Shown here in pieces: positions 38,540 through 52,630 of a stretch of 64,000 nt of DNA. The translations under genes were made by a program, and so were the position numbers. Position 1 is the first letter of the stretch. Every line of letters begins with the position of its first letter. Source of the stretch: Felis catus (Eukaryota); contig NC_058368.1 in the NCBI RefSeq assembly GCF_018350175.1, forward strand, positions 196,666,001 through 196,730,000. Reading direction: 5' to 3'. Below the pieces are notes generated by a model, which did not search any database, was not told the origin of the DNA, and saw nothing but the letters and a program-made list of their open reading frames with translations.

Positions 38540-39390
38540 GCACCTCAACCTTATGTTCAAATGGAGCTCTAGCTCCACTGGAGCCAGTTTCTCCTTCGAG
38601 TCCTCCTCCTGTCAGTGATAGGCAAAACCCCCACCCAGCGGCTCAGAAGCGACACTCGGAACACCTCTCTTTCCCTCCCTCTCAGTCCATCAGCTGGTCC
38701 TGTCCACTCTCTCTCCATCCCCGCTCTCACCCTACTAGCCCATGCTGCCATCGTCCCTTGCCTGGATTCCTACAAGGCTGCCTAGCACGTCTCCCAGTTC
38801 CATACTTGCCCATCCCCCTCCATGTTGGTCTCTCCCACCGTAGCCAAAAGTCATCTTTAAAAAATGTACATCGGATCATGCTGCCCTACTCCCTCCCTAC
38901 TCAAAACTCTCCAAAGACTCTCCTCTTGTACTTAGGATGAAATCCAAACATCCATGGCTGATAAGGTCCTCACCTACCTTGCCAGCATCCTCTCTGGCCA
39001 CCTTCTGACTCAATCGCCATGCCCCCCACATCTTGGCATTCTTTTACATATTAGAACTCAAAAGTTCGTCACTGCCCCAGGGCCTTTGCACAAGCCATTT
39101 TTGCATGGCTGGCTCCTTCTTGACACTTTGACCAAATGTCACCTCTTCAAAGAGGCCTTCGCTGACCATTCACGCTAAAGTGGCTACCCTTCCCCACTTC
39201 GGCACCCTGTCCATTACGTGGCTCTGTCTCATCTTCCTCATGATCCACCTCACTGTCTGAAAAGATCTTGTCCGTTCTGGCCGTGTGTTTGTTATCTGTC
39301 CACCCTCACTAGAATGGAAGCTCCTGACTGCTGGAAACTAGTCCGGCTTGTTTCCCACTAGATCTTGGTGCACAGTAGGCACTCTTTAGA
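38540..39390 (-). mobile_element. LINE-2 3' fragments
   Basis: ccccagggcctttgcaca...aaatgtcacctcttcaaagaggccttc...cactagaatggaagctcc...gcacagtaggcactc. Confidence 0.7.
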
Positions 39391-41075
39391 TTTTACTGAG
39401 TTAGCTTATTTTGCATAGAAAATGGGCTGAGCTCATACACCTTCTGCCATTTAATCCTCACAGCTGCTATTATTTCTATTTTACAGGAGGAAGCTGAGGA
39501 GGCCCAGTGAGGTTCCCTAGCTGGCTGAGGGCCACGGACTCCAAAGCCAGGTTCTTAATCATTGTATTCTACTGCTCCAAAAAAACGTACTCCCTCCCTC
39601 TCCCCCATCCCCTCCAAATATCTCCAAACAGAAGACAAGAGAACGATGATTCTGCAGAAAAATGCAGAGGGGTGGGGCTGAAGGGATGCTATCCCAGGCC
39701 TCACGATGCCGTAACCTCGTCCTGCTCAGAAGCCATGCCGGGCCTGGGGCGGCTCCGCCCAGGGGAGCTGGCTGGCAGGGACGTGGCTCCCACACGCACA
39801 TATGCCTGGAACACCCTGGAAACTCCCCACAGCTCCTTTCTCCTCAACTCCCTTTTCCGGGCCTCTAATCTCTCGGTCAGGTTTCCAGGGCTGTGAAGTG
39901 TCCTCTGCTTGGAAATTCCCCAGTCAACAGTGGGAGAGTGGGACACGTGCCTGAGAGGCTGGAAATCTGGAATTAGAACCACACAGAACCCCAGGTAGGA
40001 AAAGGCCTTGACAGCCATTTAGTCCCATCCCCTCCTATGCTTTAACCAAACACTAACCACAGGTACTTCGCGGGGGAGGTTCCCTTTTTATCCCCATTTT
40101 ACAGATGAGAAAAGTTGAGGCCCAGAGAGGTCTGCTGACTTCCCCTGGAGGCACCCAGCTAAGTTAAGTCCTCGAGCTGGGATGGGAACCCAGAAACCTG
40201 ACCCCCGAAGCCACAACATCTCACCTCTGCACTAGAATAAGAACAAAGCCCTTTTTGTTTCAGAGCCTCTCCACGGGAGGCACAGGGGCCAGAGTTACAG
40301 AACAACAGAATGAAAAGAAACCTTGGACAGAACTGGCCCTGAACTTCCTATTTTCGGCGGGAGGAAACTGAGGCTCAGAGAGGGAAAGTCTGACCCTCAG
40401 CCGGCACGGCGTCCAGCTGCCTCTGGTGAGCCCCTCATGGCCCTGGACACAAGGCAGGGTGCACCGGTGGCACGCGTCCAGGGGCACCGACCCCACAAAG
40501 GACCCGCTTCAGGACGGCAGCCCCCAGAGCCTGCATTCCAATCTGGTTACAGCAGGAAGGGCAGGTGCTTGCAGACAATGCTCAGTCCGCAGCGGGCGGG
40601 AGGCAGCTGCTGGGCAGCGGCTGGCCTTAAACAGAACTCCCTGTTTCCATTTTAGCCCTGTTGCCATGGGGTGGGCCCGGCTGGGACGACAGCCTCCTTA
40701 TATAGGGCAACGCAGGAATCCTGGCCCGGCTTCTCCAAACGCTAAGGCAATGGCCCCAGAGGAGACAAAACAAGCAACTGCCCTTTAGAGGCAAACACAT
40801 CTCTTTGCCGTGTTGCTGCTTGGAGAATTGTGCCCGTGTGTACGCATGCACACGCACGTGCCATTCAAGTGCTCTGGCCTGGATCTGAGACAGAGAGCCG
40901 CCACGATATGCTCCTGAGCAAAATGACTCTTTTCCCTTCATTGAGGCACCAATATAGGCACACCACCACCATGAAGCCAGTCTGCATGGAAGTCCTTTTC
41001 CAAGAAACTTCATACTTCCGGGTCCTGCTCTGACAGAGGCTGCATTTTAACCCCTTCCTTCATAGCTCGAACCAT

Positions 41076-41287
41076 CAGATGCTGGCAAGCATTTTCTGTA
41101 AAGGCCAGATAGTAAATATTTCAGACTTTGGAGCCATAAAGTCAACTGCTCGGCTCGGCGGTTGGAACGTAAAAACAGCCACAGATGACGCATAAACCAA
41201 TAGACGTGGCTGGGTGCCAATAAAACTTTATTGACAAGAACAGAGCTGATTGGTTTGGCCTTCGGGGCCTTAGTTGGCTGACCCCTG
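41076..41287. mobile_element. MER58A-like DNA transposon fossil
   Basis: ttttctgtaaaggccagatagtaaatatttc...gtgccaataaaactttatt...gacccctg. Confidence 0.8.
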
Positions 41288-44200
41288 GATCCATCATCTC
41301 CACCACTGCCCCCTCAAAGGGGCCATTTACTCTGATGCGCGGCAGTCCCTCCCCTTGGGGTGCGGTGTCTCCAGAGCTGCGTGCCTCTGCCCTCCACAAC
41401 CATCTCCTCTGGGCAGTAGGGTGTCGGCCTCGCCATCTTCCTAACGTGGGCCTGCTGTCCTCACCAAGTCCCACTCCTGTCCGCTTAGGTACCGCGTCTC
41501 ATCTGCAGCGAACTGGTCAACCGGGGGTCTCCAAGCTGAAGGCTATCTCTAAAACCAGAAGGAGTCTGGGGACAACGGTGCCTGGCCTCTGCCATGATGG
41601 TTTTGGCTACCACTGGCTCTGAGTGAGAGATTCCAGAAGGCAGAGGCTGCTAGACGAGATACGTCTGAGGTCAGGAGGAAACCAGGGTGTGACCTGACCT
41701 CCCCACAAACATGTGAGGCACGGGTGCCAAATTAGGCAGTGCAAGGGCATTCTCTTACACAGGGGTCCGCTCACCCTGCTTTTAACAGCACACTGGGATT
41801 TGGGGAAGACAGAGGATGCTCTGATGAACCAACTTCCTTCTGCATTTCCCCTGGAAGTTGTGATATGCCCACTTCTCCCTTCTGACAGGAAAACATCTTC
41901 TATGAGTCAGGGGCTCCTCCTGCCCAAGAAGAGCTTCCTCACTGCCTCCGCCCAGTTCTCCGGAAAGCAAAGGGGAAAGGGCAGGCAGTAGCAGCAATCC
42001 CCACAGGCTGTTTGCAGGGCACCCACCAGACCAGCAACCAACAACCGTGACGGGCCCACCCACCACCAAACCCAGTGACCCGGCTCCGCGATGGCCCTGA
42101 CTGGATAAAGTAGCTGCGGATGTCTGGTCCCAAGGCTGTGGTCAATGTCATCGCACACCTCTGAAGGTGTTCCGGGAGAAGACACACAGACTTCTTCCGT
42201 GGGGCCCCAAGGGCAGATGCAAGACACCAACGGGTGGAAGTCCCATTTTTTTTTCCCACACAAGGAAGAATGTTCTAATGAAGGCGGTGATTTTCCTCCA
42301 GGCTGTGATTCGCACAGAGGCTGGCAGGGTGCACTGCAAAGGGGACTCGTGCACCCAGGAGCGCACACGGCTTTGGTGAATCAATAGGACTATGTGCCCA
42401 GCCTGTGTCCTCTTCTGCTGATGGCCCTCATCAGCATGTCCTTCAGGCTTCGCGACAATCCTCAAGGTAGAAATTCATACCATCCCACTCTGCAGATGGG
42501 AACACTCAGGCTCAGAAAGGCTGTAACAGAGAAGCAAGAGCAACGCAGCCAGCCAGGAGCAGAGCCCGGCTCCCAGGGCCCAGGCTCTCCATACAGTCGC
42601 ATTCCTGAAATGACACTTGGAATCCGAGTTCCATCCCAAAAGTGGAGTGAATGCCTTTCGGGGGGGGGGTGTCTTGGCCTTTCTTTGACCCCCCCCACCT
42701 CTGGGGAGCTGCCGTGAGGAGTGGGGGACCCCACATCTTAAAGAAGAGGCCCCAAGGAGGAAGACTTCTCCCCGTCTCTTCCCTGAAGGATCTGGCTCGC
42801 AAAAGGACTCTCCACGCGGGGCCTATCTGCTCATTCCCATTTTACAGCCTCCTGCCCCGTCCCTCCCCACCCCCTGTGCCAAGCACCCTGAATGGTCCCA
42901 CCTCCGCACCTTTGTACACAGCGTTCCCCCACTCCACCCTGCTCCCAGCCTTCCCGGCTAGGCGACTTTGTTCTCTGCACCACGTCTTCAGGATGCTGCT
43001 TTTCCAAGTCTCGCCTGAGAATGCCCTCTGCCCTACTTACACTCCTCTACAGCCCTAGCATCACGTCCCCATGGGGAGCCTTCGAACCCAAGGCCAGGGG
43101 ATACAGGGTGTGCCCGAGGGTCCCCTGGGGGCCCGCAAGTGCTCCTTCAACCCATGTTTGCTGAACGAAACTCTTAGCGATATATCCTTTTATATCTAAA
43201 CAGAAAAACCACAAGCACCTAGACCTAGGCGCAGGGTACAGTAATCTGTGGAAGGCTGTGAAAAGGGGGAGGGGGCTGCCGGCCGCCAGTCCGATCAGAG
43301 CAGCTCAGCTGGTCTCCACTCACTGAGCCGGTGGGTAAGATCCTGCCCGCAGAGGGGAGAAGAGGAGCCCTCCAGCAAAGGACTGCCTCCCAGCTCTGAT
43401 ATTGTTGAATCACAACCCCCCTCCCACCCCCTTCTGCAGAAACTGACTTCTCTCCAGGCAATGAAATCACAGAGTCACCAAAGGAGGCTCTGAGCTTGGC
43501 TGGCTCACCAGCCCCAACCCGGAGCAGGCACGCTCAGGAACTCCTTGCACACCTCCAGAGATGAGGAGCTCGAGCACAAGCACAGACTCGTCTCTAGAGC
43601 CCTGGGCATCTTGCAGGGTCTTTTGGCTGCCCGACAGGCGGAGGCTCTCTCAGAGGAGAGCCTAGGAGAAATCTAAGAGAATCAAAGAATATCCTTAAGA
43701 AGAGACACAGTATTTCCAAGGTTTCGTTCACTTAGCCGCTGCTGCAGAATCTCCTGGGGAAGCTTGTCAAAATGCAACTTCTTGGGCCCCACCCCAAAGG
43801 CCCTGAATCCATTTTTGGATTCTCCATCCTGGAGACCCAGGAATGTACATTTTAAACAAGCCCCCAAGCGATGATGCAACCACTAATGTCCACTGTCCAG
43901 AATGCTGCCCCAGACCAGGAATCTATACATTTCACTCATTTCCCCATAGGTTGCCGGGCCCCATTTCACAGGTGGGCTTACTGAAGCCCATTCCCAATGG
44001 CAAAGTACCCAGAGTAAATGACAGGAAAGCAAACCATCAAGGAGCATTGTCATTTATCCCTCTACTTATTTCATCAGGTCCCGAAACAAGGGCACTTGTA
44101 TACTCTCAGATGCCTCACGCTAGTATCAGAATCTCTTCTGATTGTGCTCCTTTTATTAGACTTGTTTAAGCCTCAAAGGCCCCCAGGAAGTGCAGGCTGC

Positions 44201-45055
44201 AGACTAGCTCACTCTGGATTTGGCTGGTTTGGGGCTGCGGCAGCAAGGGCCAGGGAAGCAGCATCTGTCGGCGGCGGGAGAGCCGGTGAGAGCAGAGGCA
44301 CACTCCAGAGGGTTAGCGAGCCCCAGGTCTGGGGGCTTAGGGTAGAGGGTGCTAGCTTCCTTCTATCTGCTCATAGCTGTCCAGGGCATCATCATAAATG
44401 AGGCTACAGGAAGTCCTTGGTCCTGAGAAGAGCAGCCTCCCTCCCTACCATTTCAGGCCCCTTTAACCTCTGCACCCACACTCCCACCCCCATCCCCGTG
44501 ACCCACACTGCATATTTAACATGCTACCTCTCTTACACGATCCTCTTTAGTCCCCGCAATAATCCCACACAGCAGGTATGATTATCCTCTCCACTTACAG
44601 ATGAGAAAACCAAGGCTCAGAGAGGTTAGCTAACTTGCCCAAGGTCACCCAGCTGGGAAACAGTAGAGCCAGGAGGTAAATAAATCCAGGCAGTTTGACT
44701 GGGGATCAAGGGCTCACCCTTAGGTTTACACTGCTTTCCCTTCCTTACTGCCTATGAGGTCTTGGAAAAGTGTCATCGACGCCTGAAAGGTTGACACACA
44801 GACCAGAGCAGACCAGTTTCACCTCCATGGGGGTTAATGAGGGAGTGGATTAGTGGGACATTTCCTGAGCAAGAAAGGAATTAGAGGTGCGGCTCCAGGT
44901 AATCCCTTTCAGGTGCAGCACACTTTACAGTTTACCGTGAGAAGCACCATAATGAAGGGGTTCAGTGCAGGCCACAGCCCCAGGCTGCCCTGCTGTGTGG
45001 ACCTGTGACTTAATGTCTGAACCTAAGTGCTGTCCTCTTTAAAATGAGAATAACA

Positions 45056-45263
45056 GGGGCGCCTGGGTGGTGCAGTCGGTTAAGCGGCCGACTTCAGCCA
45101 GGTCACGATCTCGCGGTCCGTGAGTTCGAGCCCCGCGTTGGGCTCTGGGCTGATGGCTCGGAGCCTGGAGCCTGTTTCCGATTCTGTGTCTCCCTCTCTC
45201 TCTGCCCCTCGCCCGTTCATGCTCTGTTCTTTTTTTGAAAAAAAATAAAAAATTAAAAAAAAA
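45056..45263 (+). mobile_element. Young feline CAN-SINE inserted in a MIR
   Basis: Near-consensus body; TSD atgagaataaca; MIR sequence continues on both sides. Confidence 0.93.
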
Positions 45264-46229
45264 GATGAGAATAACAGTAACTACCTCATGGCTTGTTTTG
45301 AGGACTGAATGCGGCTAAAGTAAAGCACTTAGAACAGTGCTTGGAACATAAAGTGACACTTAATGCTTGCTGTTATAATCGTATGATGAAATGACTTCCC
45401 ATTTATCACCTCAACTGATCCTCCTAACAGTCCTGCTTGGTTCACAGGACTGGACCATTTGTCCCATTTGCAGATGAGAAAAGGCAAAGGCAGGGAAAAC
45501 TGACACACAGTCAAAGGCTAGGTCTCTGAATTAACTCTCAAGTCACTTCCCAGGCAGGCCCCCATTTGCATCTGTTTCTCCTTTGAGCCCCGACGTGGCT
45601 CTCATTTGTTCTGTTGCTTCATGTCTGAAATGAGAGAGCTAAAAAAAAATCTCCCGGGAATGGCTCCCATGACAAACTTCACCACTTCAATGCCTTTGCC
45701 CGTGGCAGACACTGCTAATCAATCACAGGCCTCCTTCCTGCTGATCGGAGCACAGCTTCCTCCGGACTCTCCAACACCGCACTCTTGGCAGTCATTACCA
45801 ATCGATCACAGATGGGGATAATCAAACCCAACCCTTCCATCGCATGGAATCTTCTATCCAAACTTGGGTTCTTTCCAAACCCAGTTATGACTGGGAGACA
45901 GGGGTGCCCACAGCTATCGCATCCCTACACATGTCAACCTCCCTGCAGATCCCTCTCAGAGACTGTAGTGTCCCGGTGGGTAGAATGTGGTCACAGCAGC
46001 ATCCATCTTTCCCCACATCCAAGAAACTGCTCAACACAGGTGTCTTGCTGAGACTCGACCCCAGAGCCTCACCTTTGACTGGCAGTCATGTCAGCTAGTG
46101 GGGAAGCATTCCACATCAGCAGGTCTCCCCTGTGTGGCAAAGGACGCCGGTGAAAGGTGTGGTAATTAGTTATTATCACATTTTAAAATCCCAATATGGA
46201 GGACGATTGGTTTTTAATGTAAAGAGGAG

Positions 46230-46720
46230 CTGTTCAATGGGCACAAGGAGTTTTTATCCCTCTGCCATCTCTCTGGAGAACAATACCCTTCCCATTTGAG
46301 GCCTCATAGGTCAGTGATGCTGAACCCACATACACACTCTTGTTCCAGAAGTGGGCCCATGACCCACTGCTGGGCAATCAGAGGCCCTCGTTTCCCGGCC
46401 ATCATAACTGGCTCAGAGCTGAACCTGTGCCCCCAATCCAGACAACAAGAGTCAGCCCCACAATGTTAGCTGATGTTATTGGAAAAGAAATGCTCTTCTC
46501 CGATTGTGGTTACTATGCTGATCCATGAGAAGCTTGGTGGCCATTTTCCCCATTGACTGGGAAGAGCCTGTATGAAACCGGTACCCCCACAAAGTAGAGT
46601 TGAGAGATAGAGCACCTAGAGCCAACTGAACCTGAACCCCACATTTTCACTTATGGGACAAAATAAATTCCTTTATTAGGGGGTGACTTTGAGTCAGGTC
46701 TCCATTGCTTATAATCAAGC
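46230..46720. mobile_element. Old MLT1 LTR fragment
   Basis: ggtggccatttt...ggaagagcctg...ataaattccttta...tttgagtcaggtctccattgcttataatcaag. Confidence 0.55.
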
Positions 46721-46811
46721 AATCCTGAGTACCCTGGATATGCAGAGGGCAGAAAGCCTGGGTTCTCTAACACGCAGGTTGGGTAGGATAAAAAAAAAAA
46801 AAAGCTTGACA

Positions 46812-46957
46812 GGCACCTGCGTGGCTCAGTTGGTTGAGCATCCAACTTCGGCTCAGTTCATGATCTCACGGTTAGTGAGTTCGAGCCCCACGTCGGGCTC
46901 GCTGCTGTCAGCACAGAGAGCCTGCTTCGGATGCTCTGTCTCCCTCTCTGCCCCTCC

Positions 46958-47005
<48 letters not shown>

Positions 47006-47027
47006 AATAAACATTAAAAAAAAAAAA
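46812..47027 (+). mobile_element. Feline CAN-SINE with expanded (CT)n microsatellite
   Basis: SINE head, about 20 CT units at 46961-47002, A-tail; TSD aaaaaaagYttga. Confidence 0.92.
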
Positions 47028-47472
47028 GTTTGAGAACCACTGAGCTTAACACTATGGTTTTCCCTAGTGATTTTTTTCTCTACTCTAGGCACCTAATAAA
47101 ACTGACAAGGCTTGAGCCAAGGGGGCTAATGCTGTGCTTCTGAGGTCTGGGAGAAGACTCGGCTTTTCCTGGAAGGAGAATATTTTATTCATTGGTTTGC
47201 TCATTCATCCCTTCATTCATTTTGCCGACATTCTCTGCTGTTTGACGGTCTCCATTCCAACCCTCTGAATCCTCCTTCACCTTTTCTACTACGGAAGACA
47301 TTCCTCCCCGACTGCCTCCAGGTCCAGTTTCTGTAGTCTACAGCAGGCATGCAGCCGGGATTGGGCACAAGGCCACCCTGTGATGGGGTGTCTGGGAAGG
47401 CGTCTGCACGGATACCTGCCTCTGGGTCTTGGCCTCTGCCCCTGGGGCATCTTCCCATTAAGAATGGGTGTT

Positions 47473-47900
47473 GGGGGGGGGGGGCCTGGGTGGCTCAGTC
47501 GGTTGAGCATCCGACTTCAGCTCAGGTCATGATCTCGTGGTTGGTGAGTTCAAGCCCTGCAGGGGCTCGCTGCCGTCCGCACAGGGCCCATTTCAGAGCC
47601 TCTGTCCCCCCCTCTCTCTGCCCCTCCCCTGCTAATGCTCTATCTCACTCTCTCAAAAATAAATATTTTTTTAAACATGGGTGTCAGGGGCACCTGGGTG
47701 GCTCAGTCAGTTAAGCGTGTGATTTTTTATCTTGGCTCAGGTCATGATCTATGGGTCGTGCGATCGAGTCCCTCATTGGTGCTAACAGCACGGAGCCTGC
47801 TTGGGATTTTCTCTCTCCCTCTCTCTCTGCCCCTCTCCTGTTTGCCCTTGCTCTCCCCCCCCCAAATAAATAAAATAAACATTAAAAAAAAAAAGAAAGA
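47473..47900 (+). mobile_element. Two tandem CAN-SINEs (47473-47672 and 47687-47900)
   Basis: Two heads and tails; the atgggtgt target sequence occurs three times (before, between and after). Confidence 0.9.
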
Positions 47901-49734
47901 AAGAATGGGTGTCATGCTCAGCCTTCGGTTTGCCTTCACTGAGCCAAGGTTGGCCCAGACCCTTGGGCAGATAATCTCGTAGCTGTGGGCAAAGGGTTAG
48001 GGAATGATCCTATTCTCTGGCCTCTTTTAGTGCCAACCTGGGTTGGGGTGGCACCAGCTCCCAAGAGTCACAACACTAACCTCCAGACATGCCTGGACCG
48101 TTCGTAAAGAAACCAAAAAGTCTTTTTGCCCTGTGTATGGAGAAGGTAGACTGGGATCTCAGGAGAGGCAGAGTGAAAGGCCAGACCATACACACAGCAA
48201 CCTCTCTACAAGTACTCAGCACTAAAAGATGGGGGGGGGGGGGGGGATGAATTTTTCTTAAAGAGTCATTTGAACTGCCACGTTCCATTGTCAGATTGTA
48301 AACTTTTTAAAAAAGGAAGGGCCCCCCACTTACTGTGTGCTTGCTGAGTATTGGGCACTGCCATTTGAGACAACAGAAATGATGATCTCCGTCCCCTTCA
48401 CAGATGAAGAAACCAAGGTTCAGAGAGGCCCAAGATCACTGGCCAACCAGGGATAAAAGCCAAGATTTGAACCTGGGTCTGTCCGGCTGCAATGCCCATG
48501 ACACTAGCCTCTGCCTTTTTCCTGTCCTACCAGTAGAAGTAAAAGGGCCCTTAGATGAGAATGAGGAGATCTGGTCCGACCCTTGGTTGTACGGACACGA
48601 GACGGAGGCCTCAGAGGAAGAGGCTTATGTGGGACCCAGGCTTCCTGCTGCCCCGGGTGAGGTTTCTCTCCAGACCTCCCGAGCCTGGATATCAGTATGG
48701 AGAACTCCCTGTTGCCCTGAGAGTATATAAACACTTTCCTTTTCCCCGAACAGTTATTTCAGTGCTAACTTGCACCATGCATCTGGGGATATAGCAGTGA
48801 TAGAAAGGCAGGGTCCCCGCCATCTAGTTAGACGGGGAGCTCCCAGACCTGTGCCCAGGAGATTTAGAACACAAAGACAGTTGGCTGGAGTGAGGGTTCA
48901 GGGAGACCAGGAAGAATGAGAAGGAAGTACTCAGGGCCTCTAATGGACTTCTAACCACTGTGTTAAGGGTGGCCTTTGCCCTGAGATCATGGGGCTCCAC
49001 CGAGGGGGATTTCTGCAGGACAGTGACAAGTCAGATTTGTGTTCTGGCTGCCACGTGAAGATAGGGACAACATGGCAGCAGGAGGTCCAATGAGTGGCTG
49101 TCCCACAGGCCAATGCGACATAGTGGCCTCTGGGCAGAAGGAAGTAAAATGAAGAGGAGAAAATGTTGGACCTATTGTGATCTCTGTTCTGGTGAACAGA
49201 CTGGGCGATAGCCGGGCTGTGGGGAGTGAGGAAGGAGGAAAAGTTAAGGAGGGCTCCCTGGTTCAGGGCTGGAGGCAGGGAGTGAAACGTGAAAGGAGCT
49301 TCACTTGGGACATGCTGAGTTTGGGGTACCTGAGAACAGGGGAGCAGTGCAGCCAGCGTCAGGCAGGCAAGTCGGGGGGTCTCTCGCACCTTCCTCGTCC
49401 AGGCTAGGCCGGCACCTGAGTGCGCGTATACACAGGTGCGTGCGGGTGGTGGGTAGGAATACGGCTGTTACCATACTCCTGTCTGTGGAAAGCTATAGAA
49501 CGGATCCACAGGCTCTCTTATCAGGCCCTTCTAGCATCCTGGTGAGTTCTCCCCATTTCACAGATGAGGAGCCTACAACCCCCCAAAATTGGATGAGTTC
49601 TCCGAGGTCATGACTCCAGCCCACGCTTTGCCTCCCAGGCCCCACGCAGTCATTGTCAAGGTCACTGGCCCTCTTTACCCTGACATGCCACCCTCTGTAT
49701 GAAAAGCCCTGCACAGCCTTAACTGAGTTTCAAA

Positions 49735-49948
49735 TTTTTTTTTTTTAACATTTATTTATTTTTGAGACAGAGAGAGACAGAGCATGAATGGGGGAGGGGC
49801 AGAGAGAGAAGGAGACACAGAATCGGAAGCAGGCTCCAGGCTCTGAGCCATCAGCCCAGAGCCTGACGCGGGGCTCGAACTCACAGACCGCGAGATCGTG
49901 ACCTGGCTGAAGTCGGACGCTTAACCGACTGCGCCACCCAGGCGCCCC
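49735..49948 (-). mobile_element. Young feline CAN-SINE, sense to the gene
   Basis: Perfect TSD ttaactgagtttc at 49719-49731 and 49950-49962. Confidence 0.95.
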
Positions 49949-52404
49949 ATTAACTGAGTTTCCAACAGGGCAAAAGCGGAGCAGATGTGCTGATCGGTCA
50001 GGACAAGTCCCCTAATCCTGCTTGCTCGTGGCTGTGCGTCTCAGTGGAAATTAACTAATTGGTCTCCGAGGCGCTGAGTGTTGCAGGAGGGGAAAAGATG
50101 TGTCCTGAGGATGAGAAAGGCCTGGGCAGGCCAAGGGGCTCGCTCACGCTCGCTCGCTCTCCCTCCCGCTCTCTTTCTCTTGTTCCAGTGTGACACTGAC
50201 GCCAGCACCCAGGAGTTCTAGTACCCATTCTGGGACCTTTGCCCTCAGCACCCTGACTTTCTGTCAACCCCGCAAAGCTCAGAACCATTGGCCAGGACAG
50301 CCCTCCCAGCTGCCTTCACACAAGCCCTTTCTTCCCTTTTGCTCTGCCTCACTCTCTACCTCTATCCCAGCCGGCACTTGGCAGCCCCCCAGAGGCCTGC
50401 TGGGAGTCAGGAGGGAATGCTGAGCATCTGGCCAGAGCCCAGGCCAGCCTTGTGGGTTCACATTAGGGCACCTGCTAATGTGCAGGACCCTGGGGCCAGC
50501 TGCCCTGTGACTGGCTGGCAAAGCCAAGCATCAGGCCACCCCAGCACCCAGAACCGCGTGACCCCAAATCCCAGCTATAAATAGATGAGAACCTGTCAGC
50601 CCCCCTGCCCCTGCCCAGCCTCCTCTCTCTCTTGGCCAAGAATGAAAGGGCGCCTTGAAATGATGCCGAGGCCCGGATACCCAGCTCGGCTGCTCTGGAC
50701 CTCAACCTGCTGCTGACCTCAGGGAAAATACTCCATCCTCTGGAAATCCAGGGATCTGTCAAGTCCAAGCCCCACTCAGCCCACATCCTGCTTCTATCCC
50801 CGGTAACTACCCTGGTGTACTTACTGTTTCCAGCCCCCAGATTTCTGAGTCATTTGGATCACACTTTAATATGCTGCCACCAACAAGGCATTCATTAGGA
50901 ACCCACTGCTTGGGGAGAGGGGTGCGTGTGTGCATGTGTGTGTCAGAGATGCTGGGCTTTGCAGAAATGGTTTTTTCAGAGCTTCTTAAGAGCTTGCAGG
51001 ATCTCAGACGAATGCTCGCGCCTTTCCTCACACAAAGGGAAGGGGCCTTACCCGAGGCCACAGAGTGAAAGGGTGGCGGGTCAGTGACCAGACACCCAGC
51101 CCAGTGCTCACTCACCACGGCTCCAAGCTATCGCGAGCCCTACTCCCAACCCACCGCCACCCGGAGTTCCTGCTTACGCCATACCGACGGCCCAGAATGC
51201 CCTTGCTTCTTCTCTCTTCTTCTCTTACTCTCCCCGCTCCTGGACTTAGCCCACCACCACCTCCACCAAGAAGCCATCCCAGCCTAATTTAATTTAGCTC
51301 CCAGCTGTCCCAAGCCCTACTCCCTGCCAGCACAGCCACTCCCCGTCATGCATTTACTGAGTCGCTTGCTTGCACTGACCACAAATGGCATTAATAATTT
51401 CCCTTTATTTAGGGGTAGCAAGTAGAGTTTCTCTCCTAGGCCAAATCCTGACAGTTCATAGTAGCTGTCATCATGTGTTTGAGGATTTTAAGCCATATCC
51501 TAAGTCAGCAGGACGAATACGGTGCTTGATGGGTGATGTCTGTCTCGGCCAGTGCCCATGCCAACATTCACGCCAGGTTGTAGTAGCGCTGCTTCAGGGT
51601 TTACTCTTCCCTCTGTTGCCCCCAAAGACTAGATTCCTAAAGGCAGAAACTCAACTATATAGACCCGTCAGTTTGAGCTGACCCGCCACCCAAACATCAG
51701 CCGACATGAGTGCCAAGCAGACAATGCAGAGAGAACGATAATCATCTCTTGCTCAAATCTGGGGTTGCCCCACACAAAGGACTCCGCAGCCGTGGCCTCG
51801 ACTGATCTCGACGACAAGCCCGAGAGACACACGGGTATTCTCTCTCCTGTCACGTGAGTCAACTGAGGCACACAGAGGCTGAGTGACTATCCCGAGACAG
51901 GAGTTGGCAGGCTCGGACCTGAACTCGCCTCACGGAATGGCATCCACGCAGAACTGGCAGGGATCATCCAGTCTGGTCCTCCAGAGGACAAAGACCAGCC
52001 AGCCTGCCAGGTGACCGTCCCACCTGCCCTCTCCTATCTCCCACGACAGGAAACACCCTATCATCCAAGGCAGGCCAGCTCATTCCATCTGGGGGCAGTT
52101 CTGGACATACGGGAAGTTCCTCCAGAGCCTGAGTGGGCACCTCCCCTTGCGACCTCCGCTCGCCAGCGCCATCCTCTCCGACGTCAAGTATTTGCAGGCA
52201 AATCTCACGCCCTCCCTGGAATCTGGTTTCCTCTGGGTTGCACGCTGCTACAGCCCCTACCATTTGGAAGAATACATGGTTTAAAGGCATCTGGCTTTTT
52301 GTCCCTCCTTCCCTGAGAGCATAGTTGTTTGCCTGTTGTGCTGACAGAACGATCTTCTCCCTAGTTCTACACCTCCGACTTCTATTAAGACATCTGAATG
52401 TTCT

Positions 52405-52630
52405 GGGGCGCCTGGGTGGCTCAGTCGGTTAAGCGTCCGACTTCAGCTCAGGTCGTGATCTCATGGCCCGTGAGTTCAAGCCCCACATCGGGCTCTGTGC
52501 CGACAGCTCAGAGCCTGGAGCCTGCTTCAGATTCTGTGTCTCCCTCTCTCTCTGCCTCTCCCCCGCTCATGCTCTGTCTCTCTCTCTCTCTCCCTTTCTC
52601 AAAAAATAAACATTAAAAGAAAAATTAAAA
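52405..52630 (+). mobile_element. Feline CAN-SINE
   Basis: TSD aagaYatctgaatgttc. Confidence 0.94.

Noticed and set aside
44635..44650. CCAAGGTCA ERRE-like site
   Set aside because: Part of the ordinary MIR consensus (gcccaaggtcac), so not counted as evidence for an enhancer.
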